Assembly: GCA_003133025.1 (NCBI GenBank)
Contig: PKZK01000249.1
Span: 1,288 to 11,419, forward strand
Reading direction: 5' to 3'
Length of the DNA stretch: 10,132 nucleotides
Source of the DNA: Vulcanimicrobiota bacterium
GTDB taxonomy: Bacteria > Vulcanimicrobiota > Vulcanimicrobiia > Vulcanimicrobiales > Vulcanimicrobiaceae
In this document: positions 6,892 through 10,132 of the stretch, piece after piece
How the letters are laid out: every line of letters begins with the position of its first letter
How positions within the stretch are numbered: position 1 is the stretch's first letter
Notes under the pieces: model-generated
What the model was told of the DNA's origin: nothing
Seen by the model: only the letters and a program-made list of their open reading frames with translations
Databases searched by the model: none
Program-made: the position numbers and the translations under genes

Positions 6892-7230
6892 ATGTCCACT
6901 CCCAAGCGCAAGACCGGCGGCGGCATGACCGTTCGCGAAGCCGGCCAAAAAGGCGGCGAAACGGTCAAACGCAAGTACGGACCCGAGTTCTACGAGCAGA
7001 TCGGCCGAAAGGGTGGCGAAGCGACCAAATTGGCGCACGGCCACGAATTCTACGAGCAGATCGGCAAAAAAGGCGGTAAGAAGGGCGGCGAAGCTACGCG
7101 CGACCGCTACGGTCCCGCCTTCTACGAAGAGATCGGTCAAAAGGGCGGCCAGAAGGTCAAGCAATTGATCGAGGCCGGAAAAAAGGCCGCCGCAGAAGCT
7201 TTGGAAGCGAGCGAGAAGAAAGCTTCCTAA
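6892..7230 (+). CDS. KGG-repeat general stress protein (GsiB/YciG/Em-like hydrophilin)
   Basis: 112 aa, hydrophilic. MTVREAGQKGG followed by three FYE[QE]IGxKGG repeats. GGAAGG at 6874-6879 is a possible RBS; a second in-frame ATG lies at 6925. Confidence 0.92.
   Translation: MSTPKRKTGGGMTVREAGQKGGETVKRKYGPEFYEQIGRKGGEATKLAHGHEFYEQIGKKGGKKGGEATRDRYGPAFYEEIGQKGGQKVKQLIEAGKKAAAEALEASEKKAS
6985..7137 (+). repeat. Three coding repeats of TTCTACGARSAGATCGG within the KGG gene
   Basis: Units begin at 6985, 7045 and 7117. Spacing is 60 and 72 nt; the longer unit carries an extra KKGG. Confidence 0.85.
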
Positions 7231-8124
7231 GTGACTGGCGTATCGACCGCTCGCCGCTTTGCGGCGGTGCTCGGACTGGTAGCGTTCGGCTGTGCAGCAG
7301 GCCCCGCCGCGCGCGCGCTCCCAGTCCCTCAGGTCGATCGATCTCATCCGGCGGCGACGCCGACACCCCCGCCGGAAGGGATCGCATTCCTGCCGGTCGG
7401 CTCGCCGCTCTACTTCGTCCTCGACGACCCGATCAGTTCCGCGCGGTCGCGCCCCGGCGACGTGGTGCACATGCACTTGCGCGATGCGCTCGTCGTAAAC
7501 GGCGTCACGCTCGCACCCGCCGGCACCCCGGGTTCGATGACGATCGTGCGGACCCATCACGCCGCGTCGGGCGACAACGACGGCTCCGTCCAGATTTCGC
7601 TCGCGCCGCTGGCGTTGCCGCAGTACGGCACGCTGCCGATCCGCGCGATCAACGAGTACCTGACCATCGATCACACCGCGGGTCAATTGTCGACCCGCGA
7701 CGCAACCGATACGGTCGTCGACATCTTCGTGCCGACGTACGTCATCTGGCAAGCGCTGCGGAAGGGTCACGAGTACGTCCTGCAGCCCGGAACCGTGTTC
7801 CGCGCGCTGACCGGCGGTGCGATCGACGCGCGCGACCCGCACTCGATCGCGATTCAGAGTCCCGAACCCCTGTTCACGGGCGGCGAGATGCCCCATGCCG
7901 CGATCACCGAATCGCCGTTCTTCACGCCGGCGCCCATGCTTCCGGGACCTCCGCGCAAGGGCCGCCGCGGCGCACCGCCGAGCCCGAGCCCGAGCCCATC
8001 CACGCCGGTCGCGCCCAGCCCTCCGCCCACCTCGGGCGCGAGCGTGACGGCGCCGCCCGCGGTCACGTTGACCGCACCGCCAACGCCGCTTTCGGCCCCG
8101 GCACCCGCCGCAACCCCGCACTGA
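7231..8124 (+). CDS. Secreted hypothetical protein with a putative VirB10/TrbI-like beta domain and Pro/Ser/Thr-rich tail
   Basis: GTG immediately follows the upstream TAA. N-terminal signal-like segment; core LPVGSPLYFVLDDPISSARSRPGDVVHMHLRDALVVNGVTLAPAGT; C-terminal PSPSPS/PPT tail; GC3-rich codons. The fold assignment is inference. Confidence 0.75.
   Translation: MTGVSTARRFAAVLGLVAFGCAAGPAARALPVPQVDRSHPAATPTPPPEGIAFLPVGSPLYFVLDDPISSARSRPGDVVHMHLRDALVVNGVTLAPAGTPGSMTIVRTHHAASGDNDGSVQISLAPLALPQYGTLPIRAINEYLTIDHTAGQLSTRDATDTVVDIFVPTYVIWQALRKGHEYVLQPGTVFRALTGGAIDARDPHSIAIQSPEPLFTGGEMPHAAITESPFFTPAPMLPGPPRKGRRGAPPSPSPSPSTPVAPSPPPTSGASVTAPPAVTLTAPPTPLSAPAPAATPH
7978..7995 (+). repeat. (CCGAGC)3 coding microsatellite (Pro-Ser repeats)
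   Basis: CCGAGCCCGAGCCCGAGC read directly from the sequence. Confidence 0.8.
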
Positions 8125-8171
8125 CGCGGCGCGACAAGGGTAGCGCCGGTCTCGGCGCGCACACGCCGGGC

Positions 8172-8837
8172 ATGAAGCGACTGATTTCGAGCCTGCTCCT
8201 GGCGTTCGGCGTCCTCTTCGCGGGCGCCGCGGCCGACGAGAAGCTTTCCGGGCATCCGACCGCGACCGAAGCGCCGTTCGTGCGCGACGTCGCCGCCGAC
8301 CTGACCGCCCGGTTCGCCACGACCGCAGCCGCGCGGAAGGCCGGATACATCCGCTACACGGATGAGGACAACACGGGCGCGATCAGTTACGCCAACCGCC
8401 AGTGGACGAGCAAAGACGAGAACCATCCGAGCCAACTCTGGTACGACGTGAAGGGCCGGCTGATCGGCGCCGACTTCTCCGTCCTGCAAGCGGATTCGCC
8501 GGCTGCGCCGCACCTGTTCGGCGTCGACCCGAGCCGCTGGCAGAAGATCGGCGCGCACGTGCACTACGGGCTCGTCGGGCCCAACGGCACGACGATCTAC
8601 GGCGGAGCCGGCGCAAAGACGATGGCCAAAGGCGGCGGCACCGTCGACCGGCCGACGGCCGCGGCGCTGGTCGCGGCGGGTATCGCCAAGAGCACCTCGG
8701 ACGTGCGCTTCTTCTTCACGTTCCCAGCCATCTGGGACCTGACCGTGTGGGTGATCCCCAATCGCGACGGCGCCTTTGCCGACGCGAATCCCGACGTGAA
8801 GCCTGCCGGCAAGCCGGGCGCACCCGACTCCATGTAG
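8172..8837 (+). CDS. Secreted hypothetical protein
   Basis: 221 aa with a clear signal peptide (MKRLISSLLLAFGVLFAGAAA) and GC3-rich codons. Conserved-looking blocks AAARKAGY, PSQLWYD, LIGADFS, PHLFG, AHVHY and DLTVWVIPNRDGAFADANPDV. Confidence 0.85.
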   Translation: MKRLISSLLLAFGVLFAGAAADEKLSGHPTATEAPFVRDVAADLTARFATTAAARKAGYIRYTDEDNTGAISYANRQWTSKDENHPSQLWYDVKGRLIGADFSVLQADSPAAPHLFGVDPSRWQKIGAHVHYGLVGPNGTTIYGGAGAKTMAKGGGTVDRPTAAALVAAGIAKSTSDVRFFFTFPAIWDLTVWVIPNRDGAFADANPDVKPAGKPGAPDSM

Positions 8838-8840
8838 CGG

Positions 8841-8860
8841 CGCCGGGCGCTAGCCCGGCG
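8841..8860. terminator. 8-bp GC hairpin at a convergent gene junction
   Basis: CGCCGGGC-GCTA-GCCCGGCG, overlapping the stop of the 8850..9620 gene. No U-tract. Confidence 0.45.
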
Positions 8861-9620
8861 AGTGACAGGCTGCCGCGACGGCGTTGGCGTGCTCGACCGC
8901 TTCCGACTCCGCCTGACTGATCTTGTCGAACTGCTTGTCGAACTGCAGGTAGCTGCGCACGTCGCGGCTTTGCGCCGGCGTCGACTGCGTGTAGTCGCTA
9001 TTGCTCGCGACGCTGCCGATGTAGTTCGTGGATGCGGAGGGCCCCGAAACATCGGGCGCGCCGATCGTCGGCGGACCGCCGGGATGCACTTGCACCGTCG
9101 TGTCGGAGGTAGTGCCGAGCGCAAGATCCATCAGCGCGCGGGCCACGCCCAGGCTGTCGTTGGCCATGGCGCGTTCGCGGTCGAGGCTCTGCTGTAACTC
9201 CGAAGCCGCGTCGCGAGCGTCCTTCGCCTGTTCCGGATCTTTCGTCAAGTCCGCGCTGCGGCGCAATTGATCGATCTCGCTCTGCAGCGCCGGCACCGTC
9301 TTGAAGATGTCGTCGGTGTAGTGCAACAGCCGCACACGATCGTCGTAGAGCAGCACCTCGCCGCCCTTGGCTTTGAAGTGCGGCTGCAAACCGGCCAAGG
9401 TGAAATCGACGAAGGTCAACGTCTGGTCGTTGTTGAGCATCGCATGCGCCGCGCCGTTGAAGTGCGTCACGAACGCCTGACAGAAGCCGGAAAGCGCGCG
9501 TACGCGCCCGATTTCACGCACCGGTTCGCGCTGCGCCGGCGGGCTCGCGGTCGCAGCCGGTTCCGGCTCGGCTCCGGGAGCGGCGAGCGAAAGGACGGTG
9601 GCGAGCGCGAACGTCAGCAT
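8850..9620 (-). CDS. Secreted hypothetical protein, predicted helical bundle
   Basis: 256 aa. GGAGG RBS 7 nt upstream of ATG, signal-like N-terminus, Pro/Ala linker, amphipathic helical segments and exactly two Cys. Starts 14 bp after the rpoD stop. Confidence 0.85.
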   Translation of the reverse strand: MLTFALATVLSLAAPGAEPEPAATASPPAQREPVREIGRVRALSGFCQAFVTHFNGAAHAMLNNDQTLTFVDFTLAGLQPHFKAKGGEVLLYDDRVRLLHYTDDIFKTVPALQSEIDQLRRSADLTKDPEQAKDARDAASELQQSLDRERAMANDSLGVARALMDLALGTTSDTTVQVHPGGPPTIGAPDVSGPSASTNYIGSVASNSDYTQSTPAQSRDVRSYLQFDKQFDKISQAESEAVEHANAVAAACHSPG

Positions 9621-9634
9621 GACGGAACCTCCGG

Positions 9635-10132
<498 letters not shown>

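Noticed and set aside
6985..7137. Regularly spaced ~21-nt repeats resembling a mini CRISPR array
   Set aside because: They are in-frame coding repeats of the KGG protein, vary at synonymous positions, and no cas genes are present.
4375..8124. A unified proline-themed system (proline dehydrogenase, prolyl isomerase, Pro-rich protein)
   Set aside because: ProDH acts on free cytoplasmic proline and is convergent with the exported PPIase; coincidence is the simpler explanation without synteny data.
8143..8158. GCGCCG-GTCT-CGGCGC hairpin between the two secreted-protein genes
   Set aside because: A 6-bp GC stem without a U-tract is common by chance at this GC content.

Overview
High-GC bacterial chromosomal window with 13 supportable CDSs, two of them truncated at the edges. 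I found no rRNA, tRNA, CRISPR array, transposase or phage gene. The style of the hypothetical secreted proteins suggests Vulcanimicrobiota (Ca. Eremiobacterota); this is an unverified inference. A minus-strand run, in transcription order, holds a stand-alone response-regulator receiver, mntP, a DUF2079 membrane protein, a KamB-like P-loop protein and the start of a KamC-like protein that is missing from the ORF track. On the plus strand follow an orphan molybdate/tungstate-type ABC permease and a monofunctional proline dehydrogenase. Next come an exported HEAT-repeat/cyclophilin fusion (-), then a KGG-repeat stress protein and two secreted hypothetical proteins (+). The window ends with a secreted helical protein downstream of the 3' end of rpoD (-). 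The best leads are the KamB/KamC-like cobalamin-enzyme reactivase pair with atypical T-rich codon usage, a (GGGCC)3GGG G-quadruplex motif plus U-tract upstream of it, a candidate ECF promoter and RBS-occluding leader for the stress gene, and a cluster of uncharacterised exported proteins. The window does not clearly demonstrate a complete new system; these are leads to test.
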